DNA from: Candidatus Tayloriibacteriota bacterium
Lineage (GTDB): Bacteria > Patescibacteriota > Minisyncoccia > Phycocordibacterales > PALSA-1337
NCBI GenBank assembly: GCA_028286665.1
Contig: JAQBRD010000031.1
Location: 155-64,154, forward strand
Reading direction: 5' to 3'
DNA: 64,000 nt
In this document: positions 19,611 to 29,656 of the stretch, one piece after another
How positions within the stretch are numbered: position 1 is the stretch's first letter
Layout: every line of letters starts with the position of its first letter
Made by a program: the position numbers and the translations under genes
The notes under the pieces: model-generated
What the model saw: only the letters and a program-made list of their open reading frames with translations
Database searches by the model: none
Told to the model about the DNA's origin: nothing

Positions 19611-20354
19611 CTATTTTGCACCGAGCAATTCCCAGGTTGATATAAAAAGATTTCGAAGCATTGTTGCGATAGCTGGGGATTCGATGATGATCGCATATAT
19701 TTCATTTTCCTTGAAGGAAAAGAACGCCGTTTTCTTTCCATAAATATCAAGCGTTCCGTTGATGGGCGAGTGGGATGGAAGCATGCGCGTTTCACGATAT
19801 GCATTCGTCACAAGTCCTGGGTCTTTCGGTCCTGATGAGCTGGCCGTAATGAGATACGAATATATCTTAAGCTTTTCTCTGCGTTTCAGCCAATTCGGGA
19901 AATATTTCGGAAGCACCTTCATCATGTCGAGATTTGAAAAAGCATGAAGCTCTCTGTTGTTCTCCTGCTCGAGCGTTTCGAGTATGTCTTCCCAGACGAA
20001 TTTCACGCCATCGATTCCCGTATAGAGCTTCGCTGCAGGAACGAGCATGCCGTGCCCGCGAATATCCATCAATTCTGGAACAATGGATCTCATCTTCGCT
20101 TCCTTTTCCTGCTGCATCTTCACGAGCCTGTTCGGACTCTCGGCAGAATAGTAGACGACATTATTTTTCTTCCACGACGAAACATATTTCTGATGCATCA
20201 GCGAGTCGAGCGTGTGGTACGCCGTCGTGCGAGCGATGCCTGTCTCTTTCGCCAAGCTGAAAGCAGTTGCTTCGGCATATTTGAGCAGGGCAGTATAGAG
20301 GGTCGCTTCATTTTCGCTGAAGCCGCATTCTTTGAGTATTTTCTGAGTATTCAT
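19611..20354 (-). CDS. TrmB-family transcriptional regulator (cassette 2)
   Basis: GFSENEATLY, RTTAYHTL, KLYTGIDGVK, IYGKK, IIES. Confidence 0.92.
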   Translation of the reverse strand: MNTQKILKECGFSENEATLYTALLKYAEATAFSLAKETGIARTTAYHTLDSLMHQKYVSSWKKNNVVYYSAESPNRLVKMQQEKEAKMRSIVPELMDIRGHGMLVPAAKLYTGIDGVKFVWEDILETLEQENNRELHAFSNLDMMKVLPKYFPNWLKRREKLKIYSYLITASSSGPKDPGLVTNAYRETRMLPSHSPINGTLDIYGKKTAFFSFKENEIYAIIIESPAIATMLRNLFISTWELLGAK

Positions 20355-20482
20355 AATAGCGTCCAAAAAACGGACTACTTCTAATATCTATAATAAGCTT
20401 TAAATATAATACTAAATAGGCATTTGTCAATATATTTTTAAAATACAAGGACTAATCCCACGCGATCATGTATGTTGGATGG

Positions 20483-21595
20483 ATGAAAAGAAATATATAC
20501 ATAGCCATTGCTGCGCTTGCCGTCTGCGGGCTTTTTGTCGCATTGCATATCAGTCCGAAGCGCCAGCCTGTTTCTATCGGATTCGTCGGACCTTTCACTG
20601 GAAATTCAGCATTCTTCGGAGAGTATATGCAGAGAGGCCTTGATATTGCCCGCAGCGAATATTCCGCCGATGATATTTCGCGAGTGAGGATCATTAAGGA
20701 AGACGATGCCTGTTCAGCAAAGAATGCATTAAGTGCGGTTCAGAAACTGATTTCAGTCGATCATGTGAAATACGTCATCGGCCCGCTTTGCAACGAATCT
20801 TCTGTCGCGACAGAGCAGCTGTTCGAAGATAGCCGTGTCATATCAGTGACGATCGGCCTCCCGTCGAACAAGATCGCGAATATGGGGCCATATCATTTCT
20901 CATTCTCTCCAGAAATCGAATATTTGATGAAGGCCATAAGCGGAGAAATTATTAAGAAGAAAATAACGAGAGTGGCGGTGATCCATATGATCGGAGCTTT
21001 CGAGGATGAGAATTATCGGCATTTCATAAAATATCTTTCTATGGGCGGCGTTTGGCTGGCGGCAGATGTTTCTGAAATAAAAGGCACGACCGATTTCAAA
21101 GCATCAATCCTTAAAATAAAGCAATCGAACCCGGATGGCATCATGATCGTCGCTCACACTGCCGAATTGAACAATATTCTCAAGCAGATGGACGCGCAAG
21201 GTCTTCGCGGGCTTCAGAAGTTCGGTATTCATGCTGCTGAAACCAAATTGCTGCTCGAGCAGAAAGACATCGCTGAAGGTTTCATCTACCCGTATCCTGG
21301 CGATGATGCCGAAAGCCAATCTGCAAAATCATACGCTCAGAAATATGCCGATGCGTATCATGCGGCGCCAGACCCTTCTTCGGTAAATGTCTATAACAGC
21401 TATAAGATACTTATTTCGGCAATCGGTGAGTGCGGGTATGAAAACAGCGATTGCGTTCAGCGTAAGTTATCTCAGCTCAAGGATTTTCCTGGAGCGAGCG
21501 GAAGCCTGTCTGTCGATGAGAGGGGAGTCGGCACATATAAGCAAATCATGCTGAAGACAGTGCATAATGGAAAATTCGAAAAGCTGAGCGAATAG
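20483..21595 (+). CDS. LivJ/LivK-type ligand-binding protein, membrane anchored (cassette 2)
   Basis: GPFTGNSAFFG, EDDAC, VIGPLC, TDFK, GASG; N-terminal TM. Confidence 0.9.
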   Translation: MKRNIYIAIAALAVCGLFVALHISPKRQPVSIGFVGPFTGNSAFFGEYMQRGLDIARSEYSADDISRVRIIKEDDACSAKNALSAVQKLISVDHVKYVIGPLCNESSVATEQLFEDSRVISVTIGLPSNKIANMGPYHFSFSPEIEYLMKAISGEIIKKKITRVAVIHMIGAFEDENYRHFIKYLSMGGVWLAADVSEIKGTTDFKASILKIKQSNPDGIMIVAHTAELNNILKQMDAQGLRGLQKFGIHAAETKLLLEQKDIAEGFIYPYPGDDAESQSAKSYAQKYADAYHAAPDPSSVNVYNSYKILISAIGECGYENSDCVQRKLSQLKDFPGASGSLSVDERGVGTYKQIMLKTVHNGKFEKLSE

Positions 21596-21600
21596 CATTT

Positions 21601-22509
21601 TTACTCGGTATTCTTCTTGAAAAGGATTTTCGCTTTGAAATCGGGTATGGCGATCAGCGCCTGCTCGATTGATCGGACGAATTCGAGTTCTGGCCAATCG
21701 TCGGGGTGCTTCTCGATCTTCCAGCGGAGGGACGTGAGGATCCGGACGAGGACGAGCGTCTGGATGTCATGCATCATCAGATCGAGTTCCTCGGGTTCGA
21801 TCCCGTATCCTGCGATGAATTCATCGACATTCTTCTTGCCGGTATTCCAGGCGAAGATATCGGCGAGTTCGCCGTGCGGCGCCCGGCTGCCGCTCGCGGT
21901 TCCCCAATCGATGACATATATGTCGCCATCAGGGTGGACGATGGTATTCTCCGGGCCGAGATTGCCATGGCAGAGCATCGGCAGATAATGCCACCCTTTG
22001 ATCTCATCTACGCGTGCGCGCATGTCGGCGATCTGCGTCTCGGTAAGAAGCTTGTGCTTCACGAAGAATCCGTCATCGAAAAGCTGCTCGTCGATCCAAG
22101 TGAGATCGATCTTGTATTCCTCGGCTGGAATCGTATTGTACTTCTTCGCATAACTGCCGAGGGCGCGCCATATGCGCTTGGTTTCATCATGCATGACTGT
22201 GCCGCGGATCCCGGGAATGAATTCCTGAAAGGAGTACGCATACTCTTCCTCGATGCCGACCGCAAGCGGCCTCGGGGTCGGTATGTGCAGCTGGAGGGCG
22301 GCATTCATGCACCATTCTTCCATTCTGTAGGTCTTGAGCGCATCATGGGATTTCTGCATGCGGAGGATGCACATCCTCTCTTTAAGGGATATCCTGAAGA
22401 CGACATTGATGACGCCTTGGTCTATGATCTCCTCGACAGCCGCGGGAATCTCGCCGAATTCCTTTTCGGTGATCTTGTATATGAGTTCCTGCATTTCTGG
22501 CGGTGTCAT
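21601..22509 (-). CDS. Aminoglycoside phosphotransferase/choline kinase-like protein
   Basis: G..NVVF, ILR, CHGNLGPEN, IDWG. Confidence 0.85.
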   Translation of the reverse strand: MTPPEMQELIYKITEKEFGEIPAAVEEIIDQGVINVVFRISLKERMCILRMQKSHDALKTYRMEEWCMNAALQLHIPTPRPLAVGIEEEYAYSFQEFIPGIRGTVMHDETKRIWRALGSYAKKYNTIPAEEYKIDLTWIDEQLFDDGFFVKHKLLTETQIADMRARVDEIKGWHYLPMLCHGNLGPENTIVHPDGDIYVIDWGTASGSRAPHGELADIFAWNTGKKNVDEFIAGYGIEPEELDLMMHDIQTLVLVRILTSLRWKIEKHPDDWPELEFVRSIEQALIAIPDFKAKILFKKNTE

Positions 22510-22586
22510 TTTTTGATGTTGTCTGAAATGTCGTATGAGTCGGGTGATAGGATGCTTAATTTCAAGCCGTCCTGTACAATAAGCGT

Positions 22587-25121
22587 ATGGAAAAATCTCT
22601 GAAAAATAGCTCGAAAAAGGGAGCGGAAAAGGCTGAAAACCGTAAGCGCGAGAAGCTCGTGCTTCTCGACTCGCACGCGATCCTCCATCGAGCATACCAT
22701 GCATTGCCTGATTTCGTTTCTGCGAAAGGCGAGCCGACGGGCGCCATCTACGGACTCGTGAGCATGCTCATTTCGATCATTGCAGAGTTGAAGCCGGATT
22801 ATATCGTCGCATGTTACGATCTGCCCGGCCCGACATACCGTCATGAGGTGTACAAGGAGTACAAAGCGGGCCGGGCGAAGACCGACGGCGATCTCGTCAC
22901 CCAGCTCCAGAGCTCGCGCAAAGTCTTCGAAGCTTTCAATATTCCGATCTACGACAAGCCCGGCTTCGAAGCAGACGACATGCTCGGCTCGATCGTCGAG
23001 CAGATACTCGATCGCAAGGAATGCTCTGACCTCGATGTCATCATCGCATCGGGCGACATGGACACAATGCAGCTTATCTCGGATCGACGGGTGATGGTGT
23101 ATACGCTGAAGAAGGGCATCAAGGATACTGTGCTCTATGATGAAGAGGCCGTGCGAGCTCGTTTCGGTTTCGGTCCTGAGCTGCTTCCTGATTACAAAGG
23201 CCTTCGCGGCGATACGTCCGACAACATCATCGGCATCAAGGGCATCGGCGAGAAGACTGCCGGCACGCTCATCGGTACGTTCGGAACGATCGAGAATATG
23301 TACAAGGTATTGTCGACCGATGCAGGCAAGAAGAAATTCGAAGAAGCCGGCATCACGCCGCGCATCGTGAAGCTCCTCGAAGAAGGGAAGGAAGAAGCTG
23401 AGTTCAGCAAGATGCTCGCGACGATCCGCCGTGATGCGCCGATCGAGTTCGTCCGGCCAGAAAAGCATTTCTTCGACATGGTCGCTGACCCGATCGTCTT
23501 CGATGCGGTCATGAAGCTCTTCAATGAATTGAATTTCCGCACGCTCGGTCCGCGGCTCAAGAATGCGATTTTCGGAAAGGCTCCGGCTGCTGCGAAGGAG
23601 CGAGCATCTGAAAAAGATGAAGCTGAAACAGATGCGGCAGAAAGCCCGTCGAATCCAGGAAATTCGGCGCTTTTCGATATCGTCGCGCCGGAGGAGGTGA
23701 AGCGGACCGGCCTCGCGCTCTGGCTGCTTGATTCCAATCTGACGAATCCCGGCGTAGAGGAGATCACGAACTTCGCGCAGACGGAGGATTTTGCGAAGGC
23801 TTCGGCGATCATCTTCAGCGAGCTTGAGAAGCAGGGCCTGAAGAAGCTGTACGATACGATCGAGATGCCCATCCTGCCGATCATCGAACGGATGAATGCT
23901 CGCGGCGTGAAGATCGATCGCGCGCTTCTCGCGAAGCTTTCGAAGGACTATCACACGCAGCTCGACAGGCTCGAGAAGCAGATCCACAAGCATGCCGGCG
24001 TCGAATTCAACATCAATTCTCCCAAACAGCTCGGTGAGATCCTCTTCGACAAGCTCATGCTCACGGCGAAAGGCATGAAGAAGACTGCCGGCGGCGCCCG
24101 ATCGACGCGCGAATCCGAGCTCGAGAAGCTCCGCGACTCGCATCCGATCGTGTCGCTCATTTTCGAATACCGAGAATTCCAGAAGCTCCTCTCTACATAT
24201 ATAGACACGATCCCGACATTGCTCGATGAGCATGATCGGCTCCATAGCAATTTCATACAGACGGGAACGACGACCGGACGCATGGCGTCGCAGAGCCCGA
24301 ACCTGCAGAATATTCCGATCAGGACGGACCTCGGACGTGCGATCCGCGGAGCGTTCATCGCGGACAAGAAGCCTGCGGACGGGAAGGGGGCGTTCATCCT
24401 CGGCGCTTTCGACTACTCGCAGATCGAACTGCGCATCGCAGCATTCCTTTCAGGCGACGAGAAGCTCATCGGTATCTTCAAGAGCGGGCAGGATGTCCAT
24501 GCGGCAGTCGCTGCGGAAGTCTTCGGCGTTCCGATCGACAAAGTTGATCGCGAGATGCGACGTCGGGCGAAGATCATCAACTTCGGCATCCTCTACGGCA
24601 TGGGCGTGACTGCGCTCCGCGGCAATCTCGAAAGCGAAGGCGATGTGAAAGTCACCCGCGACGAGGCGCAAAAATTCTATAACGAATACTTCGCGAAATT
24701 CTCCGGACTCGCGCAGTATCTCGACAAGGTGAAAGCTGAAGCATCTCGAAAGGGCTACACTGAGACATTCTTCGGCCGACGCCGCGTATTCGAAGGCATC
24801 AATTCGAAGCTTCCATATATCAAGGCAATGGCAGAACGCATGGCTATCAATGCCCCTATTCAGGGAACGAATGCCGATGTGGTGAAGATCGCCATGAAGC
24901 GCATCGACGACTATATCGAGAAGGAAGGACTTCGCGACGATGCCTCGCTCATCCTTCAGGTCCATGACGAGCTCGTGTATGAGATCCGCGAAGCGAAGGC
25001 TGAAAAGATCGCCGCGGGCATCAAGGAGATCATGGAGACAGTCATCGATCCGAAGGATATCCACGGCATCAAGCTTATGGCGAACGGCACGCTCGGCGAT
25101 AATTGGGGCGTATTGAAATAG
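22587..25121 (+). CDS. polA: DNA polymerase I
   Basis: 5'-3' exonuclease (EADD, GDTSDNIIG); TTTGRMAS, DYSQIELR, AKIINFGILYGM, QVHDEL. Confidence 0.98.
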   Translation: MEKSLKNSSKKGAEKAENRKREKLVLLDSHAILHRAYHALPDFVSAKGEPTGAIYGLVSMLISIIAELKPDYIVACYDLPGPTYRHEVYKEYKAGRAKTDGDLVTQLQSSRKVFEAFNIPIYDKPGFEADDMLGSIVEQILDRKECSDLDVIIASGDMDTMQLISDRRVMVYTLKKGIKDTVLYDEEAVRARFGFGPELLPDYKGLRGDTSDNIIGIKGIGEKTAGTLIGTFGTIENMYKVLSTDAGKKKFEEAGITPRIVKLLEEGKEEAEFSKMLATIRRDAPIEFVRPEKHFFDMVADPIVFDAVMKLFNELNFRTLGPRLKNAIFGKAPAAAKERASEKDEAETDAAESPSNPGNSALFDIVAPEEVKRTGLALWLLDSNLTNPGVEEITNFAQTEDFAKASAIIFSELEKQGLKKLYDTIEMPILPIIERMNARGVKIDRALLAKLSKDYHTQLDRLEKQIHKHAGVEFNINSPKQLGEILFDKLMLTAKGMKKTAGGARSTRESELEKLRDSHPIVSLIFEYREFQKLLSTYIDTIPTLLDEHDRLHSNFIQTGTTTGRMASQSPNLQNIPIRTDLGRAIRGAFIADKKPADGKGAFILGAFDYSQIELRIAAFLSGDEKLIGIFKSGQDVHAAVAAEVFGVPIDKVDREMRRRAKIINFGILYGMGVTALRGNLESEGDVKVTRDEAQKFYNEYFAKFSGLAQYLDKVKAEASRKGYTETFFGRRRVFEGINSKLPYIKAMAERMAINAPIQGTNADVVKIAMKRIDDYIEKEGLRDDASLILQVHDELVYEIREAKAEKIAAGIKEIMETVIDPKDIHGIKLMANGTLGDNWGVLK

Positions 25122-25124
25122 CTC

Positions 25125-25895
25125 ATGATTTATTTCCTCCACGGAACCGATACGGACAAAGCGCGGGCCAAAGCCAAGGAGCTTGTCGCTGCGATGCAAA
25201 AGAAGAAGCCGGATGCGGCGTTCTTCACCGTGAACGGGGAAGTGTGGGTTGCCGCCGGCATCGCACAAAGCGGCATGGTCATCGATGAGTACGCCGGCGG
25301 CCAAGGCCTCTTCGAGAACAAGTTCATCGTGCTCGTCGATCGCGTCGGCGAGGACAAGGAATTGCGCGAAAGCCTGGCGGAGAAGGCGGAACTCATGGCC
25401 GAGTCGGATAATATTTTTATAATCGTAGAGGGCAAGCTCGATAAGGCGACGACGACCAAGATCGAGAAGCTCGCGGAAAAGACGCAGGAATTCGAAGCTG
25501 AGAAAGCCGAGGCGGGCGCATTTTTCAAAAAAACGGACAGCTCATCCGGTTCCGGCGCAAATATCTTCGCCCTCGGGGATGCGCTCGGCCGCCGCGACAA
25601 GAAGCAGCTCTGGGTGCTCTATCGCCAATTCATCGATGAGGGGAAGGCTCCCGAAGAAATCCACGGCACGCTATTCTGGCAGGCGAAATCGATCGCGCTC
25701 GCTGCTCGCACGAAAAGCGCCGCAGAATCCGGCCTCGCGCCGTTCGTCTATTCGAAATCGAAAGCATTCGCGGAAAATTATTCAGATCTTGAATTGCGCA
25801 AGCTACTCGACGATCTCATCTCCGTCTCGCATGATTCCCGGAGAGGGAAGCATGATCTGGAGACGGCTCTTGAGATATTGCTTTTGAAAATATAG
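25125..25895 (+). CDS. holA: DNA polymerase III delta subunit-like protein
   Basis: MIYFLHG, GLF, NIFALGDAL, LE.LLL C-terminus; coupled to polA. Confidence 0.75.
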   Translation: MIYFLHGTDTDKARAKAKELVAAMQKKKPDAAFFTVNGEVWVAAGIAQSGMVIDEYAGGQGLFENKFIVLVDRVGEDKELRESLAEKAELMAESDNIFIIVEGKLDKATTTKIEKLAEKTQEFEAEKAEAGAFFKKTDSSSGSGANIFALGDALGRRDKKQLWVLYRQFIDEGKAPEEIHGTLFWQAKSIALAARTKSAAESGLAPFVYSKSKAFAENYSDLELRKLLDDLISVSHDSRRGKHDLETALEILLLKI

Positions 25896-25907
25896 TCCGC
25901 TTTATTT

Positions 25908-27701
25908 TTATTCTGCCGCCGCATCCCTCGTCTTGATGTATTTCTGCCAAAGCATCTGAAAATCCGGCGAAGAGGCCTGCAGCTCAGCAAGCGAACCGGA
26001 GGCGATGATCCTGCCGTCCTTGAAGAAGTAGACTGTATCGAATAAGGAAAGAAGGTGGAGCCGATGTATCGATGAGATCACGGTCTTGCCTTCGAAAGCG
26101 GTGAAGATGTTCTTGTAGATCGCGAGCTCGTTGTGGAAGTCGACGCTGCTCGTCGGCTCGTCGAGGAGGATGATCTCCTTGTCGATCGATGCGAGGAGTC
26201 CGCGGGAAAGGGCGAGGCGCTGCTTCTCGCCGCCGGAGAGATTGACGCCTTTTTCGACGATGGACGAGTCGAGCTTCTTCGGAAGCCGCTTCACGATATC
26301 GGTGAATCGAGCCATGTCGGTGAAGACCTCGATGTGCTGCTCTGAATAATCGACGCCCATGGTGATGTTCTCGCGGATGGTCGTCGAGAATATCTCCGGG
26401 TCCTGCGGCACAAGCGAGATCGAGTCGCTGATGGCAGAGAAGCCGCCGCCCTCTTTCGCGCCATCGATGGCGAGATCGATCGATTTCGGATGATAGAGAT
26501 CGCGGAAGACTTTCAGGAAAGTGCTCTTGCCGCCCCCGCTTTCGCCGATGACTGCGATCTTTTCGCCTTTCGATATCCGCATGCTGATCTCATCGAGGTG
26601 CCGCATGGCTCCGTCCTCGCGATGATATGAGAATGAGAGATTGCGGATCTCGATCGACGACCATTCTTTCGGCAGCAATGCGGGCGGGACATGGACCTGC
26701 TCTGCAAACTCCTTCGAAATCTCCTCCGAATTCATGAGCGAGGTCCGCTGCCGGATGATGTCGCCGTAGAGGTAGGCGAATCGGTAGAACGTCTCGCGTA
26801 CCTGATTCACATAGCTGTAGAGGATGTATATCGTTCCGGACAGGATCATGTTTCCGGCTTTGAAATTGAAATAGACGTAGCCGCTCAATATGAGGACTAC
26901 TGAAAGCCGCCCGATGACCGATGCTGAGAACCACTTCTGCTCGTTTCGGATATTGTTCGTATTGTATTGACTGAACGGCTCTTCCATATGCGCAATTATG
27001 GAATCGAGGACGGGCGATTTGATTCGGAGCGTGATGACCGTAGTGATGTTGCTGATCGTGTCGAATATCTTCGCCGAGATCTTGTTGTCGAGGCGGTTCA
27101 CGATACGATATCCTGGAACGAGCACGCGGTCGAAGCGAATGAGGATGTAGAACGCGATGGCAGTGGCGATGATGAGGAAGGCTGTGGCGGCAGGCTCATA
27201 GAACATGATGACGACATATGCAGTTATCAGGAATATGACGGATTGGATGAGTTCGAAGGTGCGCGAAGCGAAGCTTGAAAGGGCTTCGGCGCCTTTCTCG
27301 ATCTTGTCGATCGTATCTCCTGAGTGATGATCCACATGCCATTCGATGGGGAGGTTCATGGTTCCTTCGAGCATATATGCCTTGAAGTTCTTCCGGACGA
27401 TGAATGAGGTCTTGTTCTCGAGGATGCGGCCGTATCCGTGGAAAATCCAGAAGCCGAGTTCCTGCGCGAGGAAGAGGGTGAGAAAAGCGAGGATCACATA
27501 TATATTGTCCTGCTTCACTCCTTGCTCCTGGATGATATTGAGCACCTTGCCGATGATGAGCGGCTCGACGGTGCCGATCGCGTTTGCGATGACGAAGAGG
27601 AATATGAAAAGGATGACGCTCCGGCGATTGGTCCCGGCGAATTTCCACATCTTGCGGATAAGATATATGACCGGATTGTTCTTGAAGATATGCGTAGTCA
27701 T
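25908..27701 (-). CDS. ABC exporter, fused permease/ATPase
   Basis: N-terminal TMD; GESGGGKST, LSGGEKQR, LLDEPTS, HRL. Confidence 0.95.
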   Translation of the reverse strand: MTTHIFKNNPVIYLIRKMWKFAGTNRRSVILFIFLFVIANAIGTVEPLIIGKVLNIIQEQGVKQDNIYVILAFLTLFLAQELGFWIFHGYGRILENKTSFIVRKNFKAYMLEGTMNLPIEWHVDHHSGDTIDKIEKGAEALSSFASRTFELIQSVIFLITAYVVIMFYEPAATAFLIIATAIAFYILIRFDRVLVPGYRIVNRLDNKISAKIFDTISNITTVITLRIKSPVLDSIIAHMEEPFSQYNTNNIRNEQKWFSASVIGRLSVVLILSGYVYFNFKAGNMILSGTIYILYSYVNQVRETFYRFAYLYGDIIRQRTSLMNSEEISKEFAEQVHVPPALLPKEWSSIEIRNLSFSYHREDGAMRHLDEISMRISKGEKIAVIGESGGGKSTFLKVFRDLYHPKSIDLAIDGAKEGGGFSAISDSISLVPQDPEIFSTTIRENITMGVDYSEQHIEVFTDMARFTDIVKRLPKKLDSSIVEKGVNLSGGEKQRLALSRGLLASIDKEIILLDEPTSSVDFHNELAIYKNIFTAFEGKTVISSIHRLHLLSLFDTVYFFKDGRIIASGSLAELQASSPDFQMLWQKYIKTRDAAAE

Positions 27702-27756
27702 AGACTACTTGAAGCCGAAAGGGATCGGGAAAGATAACGATATGGTGAGGATGCAG

Positions 27757-28611
27757 GTGCGCCAAATGGGAATGGAACCTTTTAACCAAGCCTTGTAAGT
27801 CTTTATTGAAACCTTATGTAAGTTAGATCTTATGTAGGGTCACACTTTAGGAATCAAACTACAATCTTTACTTTATCCCAAGATTGTTCTGCTCCGTCAT
27901 ACAAACCTTTTATTGTACCCGCCAAACGAAACTGCGCCTCTTGGTTTAAATCATGTGCATTAACACCGATTCGCTCGCAGAAAGTAAAAACAAGAGGTGC
28001 TAACATTAGTTTTTGTTTCCAAGCATTTTCAGACCAAAGTCGATGATTAACTCTCACAATACGGTCGTCATTTTCAATTCCTAATTCTCTGGCGGTCTCA
28101 ATATTTTTCTTCGTCAAATCTTCACGCATATTGTAATTGAAACTCAAATTTATTTTTCCAAGATTAGTGAGCCAGTGAAGTGTTACACCATCAACCGCAT
28201 TGTTGTAAGATTCCATACTAGCCCAAATACCGTCTCTCCCTTTTTCGTGAAGGTATGATTTTGTGAAGTCACTTTGAGTAACTACAATTTTTCCGCTAAT
28301 GAATTTATGGGTCCAAGCAAGTGCAAATAGCTCAAAACGAATGACCTTTATTTCGTCATTTATTTTTTGAGAATCGATTTTTGCAAATTCCGGGTATATT
28401 TCGACGATATTTTTCTTAACAACATCAGAAAATACGCTACTAACATCAATCTCACCGACTACTGAGTTTAGAATTTGAGTATCGTAAAAATCACGACAAA
28501 AATCTTCTAACTTCTTTTTCTGTTTTATTGAGAAAAATGACACTGTATTTATTATAAACCTTATAAGGCCCTCGCATCGGTCTTGGTTGTGCGCCCAGTT
28601 GGAATCGAACC
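27757..28611. mobile_element. Single-gene islet at the tRNA-Lys 3' end, bounded by a degenerate direct repeat
   Basis: GTGCGCCAAATGGGAATGGAACC (27757-27779) vs tRNA end GTGCGCCCAGTTGGAATCGAACC (28589-28611), 19/23 identical; interior AT-rich; no integrase. Confidence 0.65.
27854..28543 (-). CDS. Hypothetical protein (AT-rich islet cargo)
   Basis: Long ORF with atypical composition; start GTG 28543 chosen to avoid overlap with the tRNA. Confidence 0.7.
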   Translation of the reverse strand: MSFFSIKQKKKLEDFCRDFYDTQILNSVVGEIDVSSVFSDVVKKNIVEIYPEFAKIDSQKINDEIKVIRFELFALAWTHKFISGKIVVTQSDFTKSYLHEKGRDGIWASMESYNNAVDGVTLHWLTNLGKINLSFNYNMREDLTKKNIETARELGIENDDRIVRVNHRLWSENAWKQKLMLAPLVFTFCERIGVNAHDLNQEAQFRLAGTIKGLYDGAEQSWDKVKIVV

Positions 28612-28662
28612 AACGACCCACTCCTTAAAAGGGAGATGCTCTACCGACTGAGCTATGGGCGC
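28590..28662 (-). tRNA. tRNA-Lys(UUU)
   Basis: Cloverleaf GCGCCCA..TGGGCGC-A; anticodon loop CTTTTAA; GTTCGATTC. Confidence 0.95.
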
Positions 28663-28725
28663 ATGTCTGAAGATACTACCATAAAATACGGCTCTGGCAA
28701 CAGCTTTCAGTGCATCATGCTTCTG

Positions 28726-29100
28726 TTAGAGCGGCAGATCGAATGCGAGGAAGCCGGCGCCGCTGAAGAGGATCGAGATCGCGATGACGAAGAGGATGAA
28801 GTAATAGTTCACGCCGTCGGTGAAGAGGGCTTTCGAAGTCGCCTTGTTCACGAGCTTCACTCCGAGGAGGATCACTGCGACGAGCGCCGCTGCTTGCGTG
28901 AAGAGGCCGATGATGAGGAGCACGCCGCTTACGAGGTCGACGATGCCGAGGACGAGCGTCTGAGTTTCAGCTTTTCCTTCAGCGGTTTTTTTCTGCACGT
29001 TCTTCAAACCCCAGAGCGCGAGCACTGCGCCGAGAACGAGTCGGAGGAGAAGGGGAGCGATGAGGCCGTATGTGAAGAATGCGGGAAAGATTGATGGCAT
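28726..29100 (-). CDS. DoxX-family membrane protein
   Basis: LLLRLVLG, LIIGLFTQ.AA, GAG.LA.D. Confidence 0.85.
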   Translation of the reverse strand: MPSIFPAFFTYGLIAPLLLRLVLGAVLALWGLKNVQKKTAEGKAETQTLVLGIVDLVSGVLLIIGLFTQAAALVAVILLGVKLVNKATSKALFTDGVNYYFILFVIAISILFSGAGFLAFDLPL

Positions 29101-29127
29101 GGTTTTTTATGATATCTAATATATAGT

Positions 29128-29634
29128 ATGCCTATGATACCACAACTCCCGGCCGGTTCAGGCGCTTTCATCCTCATGCACGATGTCCGGAGCGTTCATA
29201 ATGTCGGATCTATATTCCGCACTGCGGACGGATTCGGCGTGGAAAAGATCTATATTTCAGGCCATACGCCGTCTCCGATCGACCGTTTCGGCAGGAAGCG
29301 CCCTGATATGGCGAAGGTCGCGCTCGGAGCTGAGGATTCGGTCGCATGGGAGATGGTCGAGGATCCGCTGGTGCTCGTTAAGAAGCTGAAGAAGTCCGGC
29401 GTGCGCATCGTCGCGCTCGAGCAGGATGAGAGATCTGTCGATCTGAAAGAGATTCCGTCGATCAGCATGGCTCGCCAGCCCACGTTGCTCATTCTTGGCA
29501 GGGAGGTGGAAGGGATCGGAAAGGAATTTCTCGATATCTCTGATGTCATCGCTGAGATCCCGATGGTCGGCAAGAAGGAATCATTCAATGTCTCGGTCTC
29601 TGCAGGAGTTGCGATGTATCAGCTTTTCGGCTGA
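29128..29634 (+). CDS. TrmH/SpoU-family RNA methyltransferase
   Basis: NVGSIFRTAD, GREVEG, IPMVG..ESFNVS. Confidence 0.93.
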   Translation: MPMIPQLPAGSGAFILMHDVRSVHNVGSIFRTADGFGVEKIYISGHTPSPIDRFGRKRPDMAKVALGAEDSVAWEMVEDPLVLVKKLKKSGVRIVALEQDERSVDLKEIPSISMARQPTLLILGREVEGIGKEFLDISDVIAEIPMVGKKESFNVSVSAGVAMYQLFG

Positions 29635-29656
29635 GATAATTGTTGAAAGTTTCATA

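Noticed and set aside
22506-24245. 579-aa minus-strand ORF and similar long antisense ORFs (77-973, 4458-5480, 31405-32385, 33824-34585, 45997-46947)
   Set aside because: Shadows of well-supported genes on the opposite strand; no recognisable motifs.
27756-27784. Possible dif site (GGTGCGCCAAA resembles a XerC arm)
   Set aside because: No XerD arm, too close to oriC, and better explained as a tRNA-Lys att repeat.
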